A DNA stretch of 64,000 nucleotides from Amphiscolops sp. MND2022 (taxonomy: Eukaryota), in NCBI GenBank assembly GCA_964187785.1, contig OZ076410.1, forward strand, positions 82,584,001 through 82,648,000. The letters run 5' to 3'. The notes under the pieces were generated by a model. It searched no databases. It was given only the letters and a program-made list of their open reading frames with translations, and was not told the origin of the DNA. The position numbers and the translations under genes are program-made. Within the stretch, counting starts at the first letter, position 1; each line of letters begins with the position of its first letter. This document shows positions 37,401 through 49,717 of this stretch, piece after piece.

Positions 37401-40380
37401 GACTCACTTGAGGGTTGCAGATGTCCCAACTCGCTCAAGTCTATTTTTGGTCACAGGTTTTTGGTCGCGGGTTTTGGCATTTAATGTCTTGCCCACTCCT
37501 CTCCCCCGTGAAAATTGGAGCTGAAGGTGAATGAAGGGAGAATGGCTATGAATGAGCTCGTTGGGCGTGCAGCTCAAGACAACTGGTGAGGTTATGATAG
37601 AACCGTCGGCACGTTCTATTCTTCAAATTCTGAAGGTGGTGGTCGTCGGGGCAACGGTCTCTCAGTTAATTCAAGGGATGCTGAAAACTATACACACTAA
37701 CTGAACGGTTATTTCCCCACCACTGGTAGGCGGAAGAGGGAGAATGACAAACACTTTTTTTCCTTTTTTTGAAATACTACAGAAAAGGTACCTAAGCTAA
37801 GCGAAACACTCATCTAATTTTTGAACCAGCCGCAGACTATAAGACAGGTATTAACGAAAAATTTTGACACTCAATGCAGGCTTTGCGGTGGCTTTTGGAG
37901 AAAAATCACAATGTGGCGCGCGAAGGTGGGACAACGAAACAAATGGGAACCAGCGTAGGCGTTGAAAGTGAGTATGGAGGAAGACACTGAGTTTGGTAAG
38001 GTTATTCTTGGCATAGTCTCGAAATGCTCGGAACCACTCACAGTTATAGTATCACAGCTAATCTTACACTTGCTATAGGCTCTCAAAACGCACTGCGTAC
38101 TAAGTCTCAACTACTTTGAGGGCTAGCGGGCACACTTTTCGATCGGGTGGGATGCTTGGTACTAGGTGTGCACAAATTTTTAGGGAAATGGCGCGTCTAT
38201 GAGATCTTGGTTGGCAGTTAGGAGTAACTTAGGGTTTTCGAGTTTGTCACTAGTACGTCTCGTAGGCTGTTTTCTCAGAGACCCAGGATCTCAGGGTCAG
38301 TCTACCACTAAATAAAGTGTCCCTGCAGGACGTGCTGAGGGTTCTCAAGGTTTAAATGGAGTCGTTTGGCACGTTTAAATACAAAAAGGCGACTAATATT
38401 TTGCCAAATTTCAGAAAATCAGCCTTTTTTCGGTCAGAATGCACGTCCGGGAAAAGTGAAAATCTTTTCTAGCGCAGCTAGCGACCCGAAAAGTTCACAC
38501 CGTATACTACACTGGCTAAATTTTGATGAATTGTCTTTCGATTGCGCCAATAGTTACTCTATAAGAAATGCGGTCACTTGACAATGTTATTGGAAAAACG
38601 ACTGTTGTGAAAGTTGCAAAAGGTAACCAAACTCTCCTTCTCGGCTTCTTAGCTACCTGAAAGTTTGTGTGCGAGCGTAACTTATGCCCACGCAACAGCA
38701 AAATGCTACGTCAAGGCGCCTGGAAGTAATATCAAGCAATTCGAGGCGACAAAACTATGATGTACCTGAGGTTCCAGATACTTTTCCGGATCGAAATTAA
38801 CAAAAATGTCAATTTCTCAGCATTGTCTTACACCCGGCTGCTCAAATTGCACAAAACGTCGGGTATTAGTACCGCATATGCGAAAATGCAAGAATTCTGG
38901 TGCTGAGATATCCCGGAGATATCACACTATACTCAACTAAAACTCCGTTTTTTCGGCAATTTCGTGCAACTTCAGAGCAAAACTGCGGCTAACATTTTTC
39001 CACGAGTCTGGGCTGCTTCCACCACTTCTAGGCTTTCTGGGCTGCTTCACCAGTGAGACTGACGTATTTTATATTTTATCAGTAGAGGTTGGTGTTGTTT
39101 CAATTAATAATTATGTTTTTATACCGCTCATGTCTATGGAGTCCTCTACTAGAGTAGTACTCAGGTCTATGTATATCAAAAAATATTGGCTAATTAGTAT
39201 TTGCGATTTTATTGCGTGAAGCAACAAAACATCTTGGTAGTAGTGTCTTGTACTACCAAGCTCCAAAATAATGTTTATGGGTTGCTCTGAAAGCTCAAGA
39301 GAATGTCCTTGAGGCTTTGCTTTTGCCAAATTTGTCTGTTTTTCAACAAAAATCGCTACATTTTTTGGTGTTTCCACACTTTAGCCAAACAAACTTTTCT
39401 GTTCCCGACCCGACAGGTCTAATGAAACGTTTTTTCAGCATTCCCAATGGTTGTACCCTTTTGTGAGAAATTTAGGGTTTCAAAATAAAAAATTTGAAAT
39501 TCGAGCTATATAAGATAAGGTATTATCTCGAGCTCGTTTTTTTTCTCTCACCAATCGATCGAAATATCCGCAGAGTACTTTTGCAGTTAACTTGGGTAAA
39601 GGTAGACCTGGGAATATGCTTTTTGAGTTACTAAATGCAAAGGGAACGGAGTAACCCAGCAACTGTTGTATTTGTAGCAATTGGAAGGGGAATGGAAGTG
39701 AGGCGGCGAAGGACGTAACGGCTTGTCGTCAGCTGGCTGGAACCTTCACTGCTCGTCCTCTCAGTCCCGATACAATGCCGAATAGCTGAATAGGAGCTTC
39801 AGAACCCGTTAAAGCACGTTCCAGATAAACCGGAATAGCTATTTGAACAGTAGGAAAAAGACAAAAATGGGTACTTTGTCTGCAATTGTATATTTCTAGT
39901 TCTAGACCTCGGAAACATGCAGAAAACACCGGAAATCAACTAGTACAAAACCTGTCAGGCTAGAAAAAAATCAATAAAAACAATTTAGGTATCTCCAAAA
40001 AGCTTTTCCTAGATCCGGACCTAACAGGGCCGGAAAGCAGGAAAACTCCTAGAATGGAAAAAATGTCCCCTGTTGGACGCCATAAAAACTATTCCAGATA
40101 TAACGCCAAGCTAGCAGCTACGCTCTAGAACTGGGACGATGCTTAGGTTGCCTAGACAGGAGACCATAGTCCTACAGCTACCCTAAACACTAGTTTTTTG
40201 TCCCTGTAGGTCTCCGAGGGGACTTTTCCTAAGGTCTCTGGAGACTCCTCATTTGAGAGTTCCGTGGCGACGTGCCGGCGCACTCAAAGTCCAGACACGT
40301 CCCACAAGCCTGTAAAAACTTTCCTCAAGCTTCCTGCGTGTTCCTTCCGAGGTCCAAAAAGGGCATCTGAAAATACAAAA

Positions 40381-40605
40381 GGGGTTCTTTTCGGTGAGAT
40401 GGCACCACGCTCTGGGTTTTTTTACGAGTAGACAACGGCTTTTCGCGTTTCTGTGTTTTCTCAGATGTTCTACGGGCCCGGGGGTCTCTGTCGCTTCTCT
40501 ATTACGTCCTCTCCGATTTTAGGGACCTGTTAGGTTGGCCATTTTGATTCGCACATGTTCGAATTTTTCAACGAAATTTTGTGCGTCTTCTGATGGATGT
40601 TACAT
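40381..40605 (+). repeat. Dispersed ~225-bp repeat, copy 2
   Basis: Homologous to 21123-21345; ends about 280 bp upstream of the GTPase ATG. Confidence 0.9.
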
Positions 40606-40887
40606 TGAAATATTCACTAAATATTCGAATTAAATCACGTTATGTCTGAATAAGAAACTCCGCGGTCCCCATTTTGGAAGCCCATGAACTCAACGACTGG
40701 GCTACAGTGCTCAGTTGAATCACCGTAATGATTTCTCGGGGAAATTGTCAAATGAAACTCAAGTTCATATATTTTTTTCTTCATCTTACTTTGAGTAAGC
40801 TCCCAATGAGGCAACCAAAAGTTACAACTTAAGTGCTTTCCCAGGAGTTCTAGCTTCTTTTTTTTCTGCCGGTCTTATCATTTTGAA

Positions 40888-42639
40888 ATGATTGAGAATG
40901 AACTCCAAAAAATTGTTTCAGGCAAACAGAAGCAGAGTTTAGCTAAAGACGTTTTAAGCCGAGCACGTCTTCTGGGTTCGACCCCCGGAAGTAGTCTTAA
41001 AATCTACCAACTTCCAATGTCTTTGAAATTTAATGACGATAAAAAAAGAATTCGCCGCTTCACAAGTAGTGACAACAAAAACAATCATGACACGAAAACT
41101 GTGATAATGGTTGGGATATCTGGTTCTGGTAAAAGTCTCATGATAAACAATATCATCAACTTCATGTATGGGGTCGATTACAAAAGCGATTTCAGACTGA
41201 AACTGATCCTTGAAGAGAGCGAGCGAAATGAGCGTGAGCAAGAGGGCACGACTGCTATGACTTCGTGGGTCAGCGCCTATGACCTTGTTTGGCAAGAAGG
41301 GTTTCCCGTGAACTTCAACCTGACCTTAATTGATACACCAGGATTTGCGGACGACAAAGGAGTAGACTACGATGGCTTAATTGTTGATCGAATCAAAAGT
41401 ATGTTCAACAGCAAAGACACGTTGCCTAGACAAAAGCTCGATGCCATCGGCTTTGTAATTCCTGCATCAACTACTCGTCTTACTTACGAGCAAAAATATG
41501 TCTTTGATAGCATTCTCAATATTTTTGGTAAAGATTTGAAGGAAAACGTGACGGTGCTCTGCACTTTTGCTGATGCCCAAACCCCTCCAGCCATTGAAAC
41601 GATTAAAAAAGATGGCATTCCCATTTCTTCATATCACAAGTTCAATAACTCAGCCGTTTTTGCACCCAATGACGATGAAAACGAAGAAGAAACAGAATAT
41701 GCGTGGAAGTTTGGTCATAAAAACGTAACGAAGTTCTTACAAGCCCTGGAAAGTTTGAACTCTCAAAAACTGGATATTACAAATGCAGTACTGGATGAAA
41801 TAGAGGGTCTAAAGTGGCTGTTAATGAATTTGAAACCTCAAATCGACGCCGGAATGTATAATTTGCAGAAAATTGAATCGATGATTGACGAAATATCGAC
41901 TCTCAATGGAACTATCAAGCAGAACAGAGACTATCAAGTGAAGAAATCTGTAGCAGAGCAAGTCACCGAGGTGGTATATCATGACATCACTAATTGTCCT
42001 CCATGTATGTATACTTGCCATGATCCATGCAAAATTGCTGGGGATGGTAAAGAATACTGTTGGGCTATGGACAATGGTAAATGTCGCATGTGTCCGGGCA
42101 AGTGCGACTGGGATGTTCACAAAAATGGTGACCGCATTTATAAATACGAGCCCAAAGAAGTAGTCGAGACCATCCAGGATATGCTTGACAAATACAACAT
42201 ATGTTCAAACAGAAAAGATGCTAAACAGAAGCTACTTCAAAACATTCTGGAAGAATATCGAGTTCTCAAAATGAAGTTGCTAGAAGACATCACAGCGGCG
42301 GCAGCAGCTTCCAACCGATTGGATCAGCTTGCGCTGCGGAACACCTATCTGACAAATGTGGATTACATAAAACGATTGATAGAAACCGAGCGGACCAGTA
42401 ACCGCCCTCACAAGCAAAAAAGGATTGGTCAATTGCAAATGGTACTTGGAATGGCCGAGATTCTCGATTCTGCGAAGAACAATCCGGACGTGCTGACTTC
42501 ACACATGAGTGATTATGAGAGAACAGTCCACGACAGGATTGATCAACTGAATAATGAAATGGAAGATGACACTCCGGTGTCTGGGCACTCGTCACTTAGA
42601 TCTGGAAACCGTAAAGGTTGGAGATTTGGGAAATGGTGA
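40888..42639 (+). CDS. Intronless 583-aa P-loop GTPase of the AIG1/GIMAP-septin-like group with Cys/His-rich domain and coiled coils
   Basis: Uninterrupted ORF; G1 GISGSGKS, G3 LIDTPG, G4-like CTFAD, KFNNSA; C-x2-C-x2-TCH-x2-C...CWAM...C-x2-CP-x2-C-x-W-x2-H-x-N cluster (aa about 370-420); flanking amphipathic helices. Confidence 0.9.
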   Translation: MIENELQKIVSGKQKQSLAKDVLSRARLLGSTPGSSLKIYQLPMSLKFNDDKKRIRRFTSSDNKNNHDTKTVIMVGISGSGKSLMINNIINFMYGVDYKSDFRLKLILEESERNEREQEGTTAMTSWVSAYDLVWQEGFPVNFNLTLIDTPGFADDKGVDYDGLIVDRIKSMFNSKDTLPRQKLDAIGFVIPASTTRLTYEQKYVFDSILNIFGKDLKENVTVLCTFADAQTPPAIETIKKDGIPISSYHKFNNSAVFAPNDDENEEETEYAWKFGHKNVTKFLQALESLNSQKLDITNAVLDEIEGLKWLLMNLKPQIDAGMYNLQKIESMIDEISTLNGTIKQNRDYQVKKSVAEQVTEVVYHDITNCPPCMYTCHDPCKIAGDGKEYCWAMDNGKCRMCPGKCDWDVHKNGDRIYKYEPKEVVETIQDMLDKYNICSNRKDAKQKLLQNILEEYRVLKMKLLEDITAAAAASNRLDQLALRNTYLTNVDYIKRLIETERTSNRPHKQKRIGQLQMVLGMAEILDSAKNNPDVLTSHMSDYERTVHDRIDQLNNEMEDDTPVSGHSSLRSGNRKGWRFGKW

Positions 42640-44068
42640 TTATAAGAAACAGAGAGCAAAGGACGACTCGATTCCTGAGCTCAGAAACAAATACCTTCTG
42701 GCAAAGACTGTTCAAATGAACAGACTGAATGAAGTAAAATCGTAACTGACAGCTTTCTGGGAAATTATGTGTACAACTAACCTTTGTAAATTTCTATCAT
42801 TGTTTAAATCACTAAAATACCATTTCATGATCACAAATTTACTTATCTGACAATTTTACGCGCATGTGCAAAATGAAAAACATAGGCTAGATTTCGACCA
42901 CATACGCTCCATGTTGTTGATGTTGCGCTAGAAATCCTCAGCAAATCAAATTAGAAAATATTCCGATTAGATCCAGTCTCAAATAAAATTCCTGAATTTA
43001 CAATTCTAAAACCGGCAATCTTGAAATTTTTCATGACTTTTTCGCAACAAAACCATGAAAACATTTTTTTCTCGCAAAAATGCCCAAAAATTTTACTTGG
43101 TTCTGTAAGCATCATGCGATATGTTTTAGTAGAATTTTTTGGAATTTTCGGGCGATCCCAAAGACCCCAAAAATGACAAAAATTTTTTTTAAATCAGATT
43201 TTCAACGTTTTTATGCAATTTTGTCAAGTTTTCGAGAAACTTCGAGGCCTCGAAAGTTAACATTCAAAAAGGAAAAAATTCGTTGTCCATGAGAGATCCT
43301 ATCTTTGAAGAGAAAAACGCAGTTTTTTTCAAATGAAAAATAGCCTCAAAATGAGACCGAAATTTGACAAAAGTTCCAAAAAAATCAAGTATTCAACATT
43401 TTTACGCAATTTTTGTCTAACTTTCGAACAGGTAGCTTAGGATGTTAAAAACGTTCAACAATGAGAGAGTTCGTTGTCTGGGAGGGTTTTGTGAAGAAAA
43501 CAAAAAGATTTTCGAACAAAAATGTTGCCATAAAATGACCCCAAGACAGTAAAAAAACTCCTTTTTTTAATTTTGACGTCGTATGTGAAGTTTTTCGGCT
43601 TGTGAGGTCTCCGAAATTCTATCAAAACAGCCAAAAAATATCTTCAAAATGTTATATGAGGTATCTTTATTGCAGAGGTTTCCTTTCTATTTGGTTTACA
43701 CTATGTGAGTAGGAGACTTATTCGAATATATCACGTTAAAGCTTCAAAATTACTTCGATTATATTGAGCCTCAAGCTGTGTTTACATGTTTTGGTTTGAC
43801 TGGTTCTCCTCGCGGATTGTTTTTAAACTCGGCAATTTTTCCACCACTTTTTCATACTGCCAAAATGTTTTCAGTCGGCACATTTTAAATGAAAATATGC
43901 CCGCTTATTTCAGGGGCAAAAATGTTTTTGTCGGATGAATGTCTCACACTGAATGATTGACTTTTACAATCTTCGGTCGTCATGGCCCAGCAGGCCACAT
44001 CTGATTTTTTGACGTTTTATCCATTTAAAGCTGCCCGAGTTGGGATCCCAGGGCAGCCCATCCATGAG

Positions 44069-44178
44069 CCATCGATGGACCATCGCATTCCCATCGATGG
44101 CCCATCGATGGTCCGCCGACCTCTTTGCCATGGCCCATCGATGGGCATCGATGGGACTATTCTGAGCGCCCATCGATG
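44069..44178. repeat. Cluster of palindromic CATCGATG / CCATCGATGG repeats
   Basis: Six CATCGATG copies (near 44070, 44092, 44103, 44136, 44146, 44171) plus degenerate copies, with an ~11-bp register. Confidence 0.9.
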
Positions 44179-44480
44179 AGCTATCGCTATTTTTGCCAGG
44201 GTATAAAAAACACCTTTCTAAGGGACTTCTATGAAAAAACATTGGAAATAAATAAATTACATTACAGTATAAGCTCAAGAGAATGCTCAGAATGTAAGAA
44301 ATGTATCAGGAATCGACTGACGGATTCCCAAATACAATCCATAACAAACAGTAGCATCTCGAAATCCTAACTTGGAAAATTTGTAACAAAAAATAACAAA
44401 CCTTCGATGCAGATGACATCCTTAAAACGGAACACCCATATTTCTGAAAAAGTGAAGTACGATTGAAACAAAATGAAACC

Positions 44481-44723
44481 AAAAGATCTGAATTATGCAA
44501 AAATTTGACTTTCAAAATACAATAATCTGATCAAAAATACGGTTTTTTTTCACAGCAAAATAACAAAACCTGGCAAACTGCAAAAATACGCATCAAAATA
44601 CGACGGAGTAGAGGAGCTTTAATTGCTGGGAAAACCATCTGCTTGTAAGAAAATAAAAGATCTGAAATATGCAAAAATTTGGCCTTCAAAATACAGAAAT
44701 CTGATCAAAAATACGGTTTTTTT
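44481..44723 (+). repeat. ~70-bp direct repeat (44481-44550 and 44655-44723)
   Basis: AAAAGATCTGAA.TATGCAAAAATTTG.C.TTCAAAATACA.AATCTGATCAAAAATACGGTTTTTTT occurs twice, period 174. Confidence 0.9.
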
Positions 44724-45760
44724 CATGCGTTTCCCTAACGAGGAGGTCCAAGTTCGAAAATATTAGGCAATATCCGAGATTTTGACGTTATATGCGAACT
44801 ATTTTGAGTTTCACTAAGGAGGAGCCGGAAATTCACAAGAGGACTCTCCTAAATTTGGCAGGCAGCATGCTATTTCCAATTTTTTGACGTTATTCCCAAA
44901 GTACATTGAGTTTTACGAAAAAGGAGGCAGATGTTCGAGAACAATCGCTCCCATTTCGGCTGTTCCCAATTTGTTGAGACTAATTGAGACCTTTCCGTGT
45001 TTCAATTGTTTTCTGTGTTTCTTAGAACACAAAATAGTTTTGTTTTTTAAACAGACTTCTTTGAGCAAACAAGGTCGGTCCGATCTCATCAAAAACATAA
45101 CAGTTAGTTTTCTAGAATGTTGAACCTGTTGTGAATTGAAAAAACTAAATCAAACTATACCAACAGTTTCTCTCCGTTCAAAAGCTTGGTTAAAACGCGG
45201 AGACTATAGGAACTTCTCAAGTAATTCCATATTGGCATTTTTTCACCGGTGCCTGGGCAAAAAATCTAATTCAACTTAAACCGAATATTAAGCATCTACT
45301 GACACAGTAAATAAACCGTTTACTGAAATAACGGAGAGACCGCTAAAAGAGCGTCAAAATCACTTCTTTGAAGTTTTTGCAGAAAAAGTTTTTTCGCAGC
45401 GAAGGTTGTAATTTACATCTTCACCAGTTTGCCATTTTAGACCTTTTTCATGAATTTGCATAAACTAGTTTTCTGATCGTAGAGATATTTTCAGTTTCGT
45501 AATCCCGCTGTTTTTTCTCTGTAAAGCTTTTGAAGCTAGGGTTGGTGCAAGAGTGTGCGAATTTCAAAAAAAATTAAAGGTTGGAAGTACTAATTGTCCT
45601 AGTCTGTTTTCACGTTCCCTTATTTTTGGCTCGAGGAGTTTTTTGCCGTGCTTTTGTCACCAAAAACGACAATCATTGGCATAGGCGCAAAGGTTTCAAC
45701 ATTAACGGCAGCCACAACCTTCCGAACTAATCATTTTTCCTGCCAAAAAAACAGAGTGGG

Positions 45761-48700
45761 TGCGCGCAACTCTACGTTCATTGTACTTGATCCCTATCTT
45801 TGAGTTTGAGTTACTAAATTCCTTATTTAATTATGAGCCCCCTAGTTCCGGTGTTTGCTACTATATCGGCTAATAACTGGTGCTATTTTATATTACTATA
45901 TGGTGTGTCCACTTTTCAGCTGTCCAGGCAACGTCATAAGAGTAATGGCAACGAACAGCAATTGCCTAAAGTGACTACATTTTGCAGGAAAATTGGAAGA
46001 ATTTTTCAAATATCTGAGGATTTTTCGGAGGAGCCAGAAGGGTGTCATGTCAAAGTTGAGGATAAAGTGAACCGCAACAAAACCCTCTGGTATTGATCGG
46101 CTATACCTTCCGGTTCAACAGCTTGCATTCGTCATGACTTGGTGAATGCTGATTGACTGGACGATGGCGAGTCCGCAAGAAAAACGCTGATGGGAGGGTT
46201 CCGCAGCAATGAAACACGAACTGTTGCCGGTTTTGTCGCGTAATTGGCACGCTTGAATTTGAGAGAAGACGAAGGAGTACAATCTTTCTCGGTCACACAC
46301 AAAATTCATAGCAGCGATTCTGAAAGGACTGCGCGCGCAGAACGAACATTTCATTGTCCAGGGGGTTTCCGACGTTTTTTGAGTCAACACAGAAATGCTC
46401 AAACGAATGCTCAACTAGAGCATTGAAAGGCAGAGACGTGGTCAGTCGGCAGGGCATGTGGCATTGCCAACAAAGTCCTTACCCAAGGTGTCCCGAAGTA
46501 AAAAAGACACTCGAAAAAACGGTAAGCTAATTCTAAACTGTTCGTCTGTGTTAATCCATGGCATATAACCAAACACTGTTATCATTGCAGGAAAAGCGAC
46601 ATTTTACAAACGCATCAAAAAAGAAAGGCTAACAGTTTGATTGGGTGTCATACCAGCATGATGGGAATACAATGTATTAATTCTTTGTATTGTGAATATT
46701 ATGTCGTGTACTTACTTACGGGCAATAGGGAGCCACAGAATAAAATCTACGGTTGTGCGCAACTCTAATTCATTTCACCTAATCCCAATCCCTGTGTTTG
46801 ATTTACTAAGATCCCTATTTAATTAGGAGCCCCCCATTTCTGGTTAGTGTTTGCTACTAAATCTGCCAATAGCTAGTGCTTTTTAATTACTATATGGTGT
46901 GTCAACTCGTTAGCTGTCCAAGCAACGTAATACGAGTAATGACAACGAACAGCAATTGCCTAAAGTGACTACAGTTCGCAGGAAAATTGGAAGACTTTTT
47001 CGAAGATCTGAGGATTTTTCGGAGGAGCAAGAATGGTGTCATGTCAAAGTTGAGGATAAAGTGAACCGCAACAAGACCCTCTGGTATTAATCGGCTCTAC
47101 CTTCTGGTTCAACAACTTGCATTCGTCATGATTTGGTGAAAGCTGTTGGACTGGACGATGGCGAGTCCGCAAAAAAACGCTGGTGGGAAGGTTCCACAGC
47201 AATGAAGCACGAACTGTTGTCGGTTTTTTCGCACTATTGGTTTGCCTGAGAGAAGATTAAGAAAGACAACCTTTCTTTGTCATAGCAAACGAATTGTACT
47301 TTCAAATACAACACGCAGGAGGTACTCTGACCCCAGCAAAATTCATAGCGGCAATTCTGAAAAGACTGCGCACGCTGTACGAACATTTCATTGTCCGGGA
47401 ATTTCCCAACGCTCTTTGAGTCAACTCAGAACTACGCAAAAGACTCAACAACATCATTGAAAGTCAGAGACTTGGTCAGTTGGCATGGCAAGTGACATTG
47501 CCAACAAAGTCTTTGTCCAAGGTGTCCCGAAGTAAAGTAAAGTAGAAAAGACGGTAAGCGAATTCTAAACTGTTTTGTCTGTGTTACTCCATGGCATATA
47601 GCCAAAAACTGTAATCGATGCAGGAAAAGCGACATTTTACAATTGCATGTAAAAGAAAGGCAAACAGTTTGAGTGGGTGTCATACCAGCATGATGGAAAT
47701 ATTATTTACTAATTATTTGTATTGTAAATCTTATGTCATATGTACGTACTTTTGGTCAATTGGGAGCCATATTTCAAGAATATTGGTTGTACATAACTCT
47801 ACGTTCATTCTACTTTATCCTTATTCCTGAAATTGAGTTACTTTATTCCCTATTTAATCAAGAGTCCCCTAGTTCGGATGTTTGTTACTATATCTGCTAA
47901 TAGCCTGTGCTTTTTTATTACAATATGGTGTGTCAACTCGCCAGCTGTCCAAGCAACGTAAAACGAGTAATAGCAACGAACAGCAATAGCCAATAGTGAC
48001 TACATTTCGCTGGAGAATTGGAAGATGTTTCTGAATATCTGAGGTTTTTTGGAGCGAGAAAGTGATCATCTCAAAGTTGATGATACAGTGAACCGCAACA
48101 AAACTCTCTGGCATTGATTGGCTCTACCTTCCGATCAACAACTTGCATTCGTCATGATTTTATGAATGCAAATGGACTGGATGATGGCCAGTCCGCAAAA
48201 AAAGCTGATGGGAATGAAGCACGAACTCTTGTCGGTTTTGTCGCACAATTGGTTTGCTTGAATATGAGAGAAGATGAAAAAGTACAATCTTTCTCCGTCC
48301 TAGCACAAGAATTGTACCTTCGAATTTTACACGCAGGAGAGACTCTGACCCCAGTAAAATTCATAGCGGCATTTCTGATAGGACTGTGTGCGCGGTACGA
48401 CCATTTCATTGTCCGGGAAATTTCCAACGCTCTGTCAGTCAACTCAGAACTGCGCAAAAGACTACTCAACTACAGCATTGAAAGTCAGAGACTTGATCAG
48501 TCGGCAGTGCTTGTGGCATTGCCAACAAAGTCTTCATCCAAGGTGTCGCGAAGTAATGTAACATAGAAAAGACGGTAAACTAATTCTAAACTGTTTCGTC
48601 TGTGTTACTCCATGACATATAGCCCAAAACTGTAATCGATGCAGGAGCAAACGCTTGTAAAAAACGGCTAACAGTCTGAGTGGGTGTCATACCAGCATGA

Positions 48701-49717
48701 TGAAAAAATAATTTACTACTTGTTTGTACTGTAACTAATATGTCATATAAACGTACTTTTAGGCAATTAGGAGCCAAATATTCGAGATTTCGGTTGTACA
48801 CAACTCTACGTTCTTTGTACTTTATTCCTATTCCTGAGTTTGAGTGACTAAATTCCTTATATAATCAAGAGTCTCCTAGTTCCGGTTACTATATCTGCTA
48901 ATAGCTAGTGTTTTTTATTACCATATGGTGTGTCAACTCTCCGGCTGTCCAAGCAACATTATACGAGTAATGGCATTGAACAGCAACAGCCTAAAATGAC
49001 TACTTTTTGCAGGAAAATTGGAAGACTTTTTCGAATATCTGACGATTTTCGGAGGAACAAGAAGGCTGTCATTTCAAAGTTGAGGATAAAGTGAACCGTA
49101 GCAAAACACTCTGGTGTTGATTGGCTCTACTTCCGATTCAACAACTTGCATTCGTCAAGAATTTATGAATGCAGATGGAATGGACGATGGCGAAACCGCA
49201 ATTAAAACGCTGATGGGAAGGTTCCGCAGCAATGAAGCACGAAATGTTGTCGGTTTTGTCGCACAAATAGCCTGCTTGAAGTTGAGAGAAGACGAAGAAG
49301 TACAATCTTTCTCCTCCATAACAGCACAAAAAGTGTACTTTCGAATACAACACGCAGGAGGGACTCTGACCCCGGCAATATTCACAGCGGCGTTTCTGAA
49401 TGGACTGCGTGAGCAGTACGAACATTTCATTGTCCGGGAATTTTGGACGGTTTTGAGTCAACACTGAAATGCGCAAAAGGGTGCTCAACTGCAGCATTGA
49501 AAGGCAGAGACTTGATCAATCGGCAGGGCATGTGTCATTGCCAACAAAGCGTTTATCCAAGGTGTCCCGAAGTAAAGTAACACTAGAATAGACGGTGAGC
49601 GAATTCTATACTGTTTCGCCTGTGTTACTCCATGGCATATAGCCAAACACTGTAATCATTGCAGGAAAAGCGACACTTTACAAACGCATGTAAAAGAAAG
49701 GCCAACACATTGATTGG
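45761..49717 (+). repeat. Tandem array of four ~1.0-kb units derived from the 5' end and gag of a Ty1/Copia element
   Basis: Unit starts (CAACTCT) at 45767, 46760, 47794, 48801. Each unit has a degenerate PBS-like TTATGAGCCC, M-A-T-N-S-N..LK*L.FAGKLEDF, GRFRSNE..VAQ(L/I)A.L.L.EDE, LNGL..YEHF (UBN2/Retrotran_gag_2-like) and C-x2-C knuckle remnants. The last unit is truncated. Confidence 0.9.

Larger units (their letters stand above)
21875..37722 (-). mobile_element. Large Ty3/Gypsy LTR retrotransposon with accessory domains, decayed and rearranged
   Basis: Long coiled-coil gag with CCHC knuckle CFKCGDPSHFVIDC (about 34420-34460), protease, RT (YSPWASRIV..KKK, FPLPRI, RMPFG, AYIDDIV), RNase H (YGAPKLEMYAV, LRIDNQAL), integrase (HHCC-like and SDNATNF), then a P/S/T-rich linker, two macrodomain-like regions and an extra ORF. 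A putative PBS TGGTGGGGAA at 37713-37722 follows a CA end. A matching LTR pair was not confirmed, so inclusion of the 21.9-25.1 kb ORF is inferred. Confidence 0.85.

Noticed and set aside
44069-49717. CRISPR-like array
   Set aside because: Repeats are either contiguous 8-11-bp palindromes or 1-kb gag-derived units; there are no constant repeats with unique spacers, no cas genes, and the context is eukaryotic.
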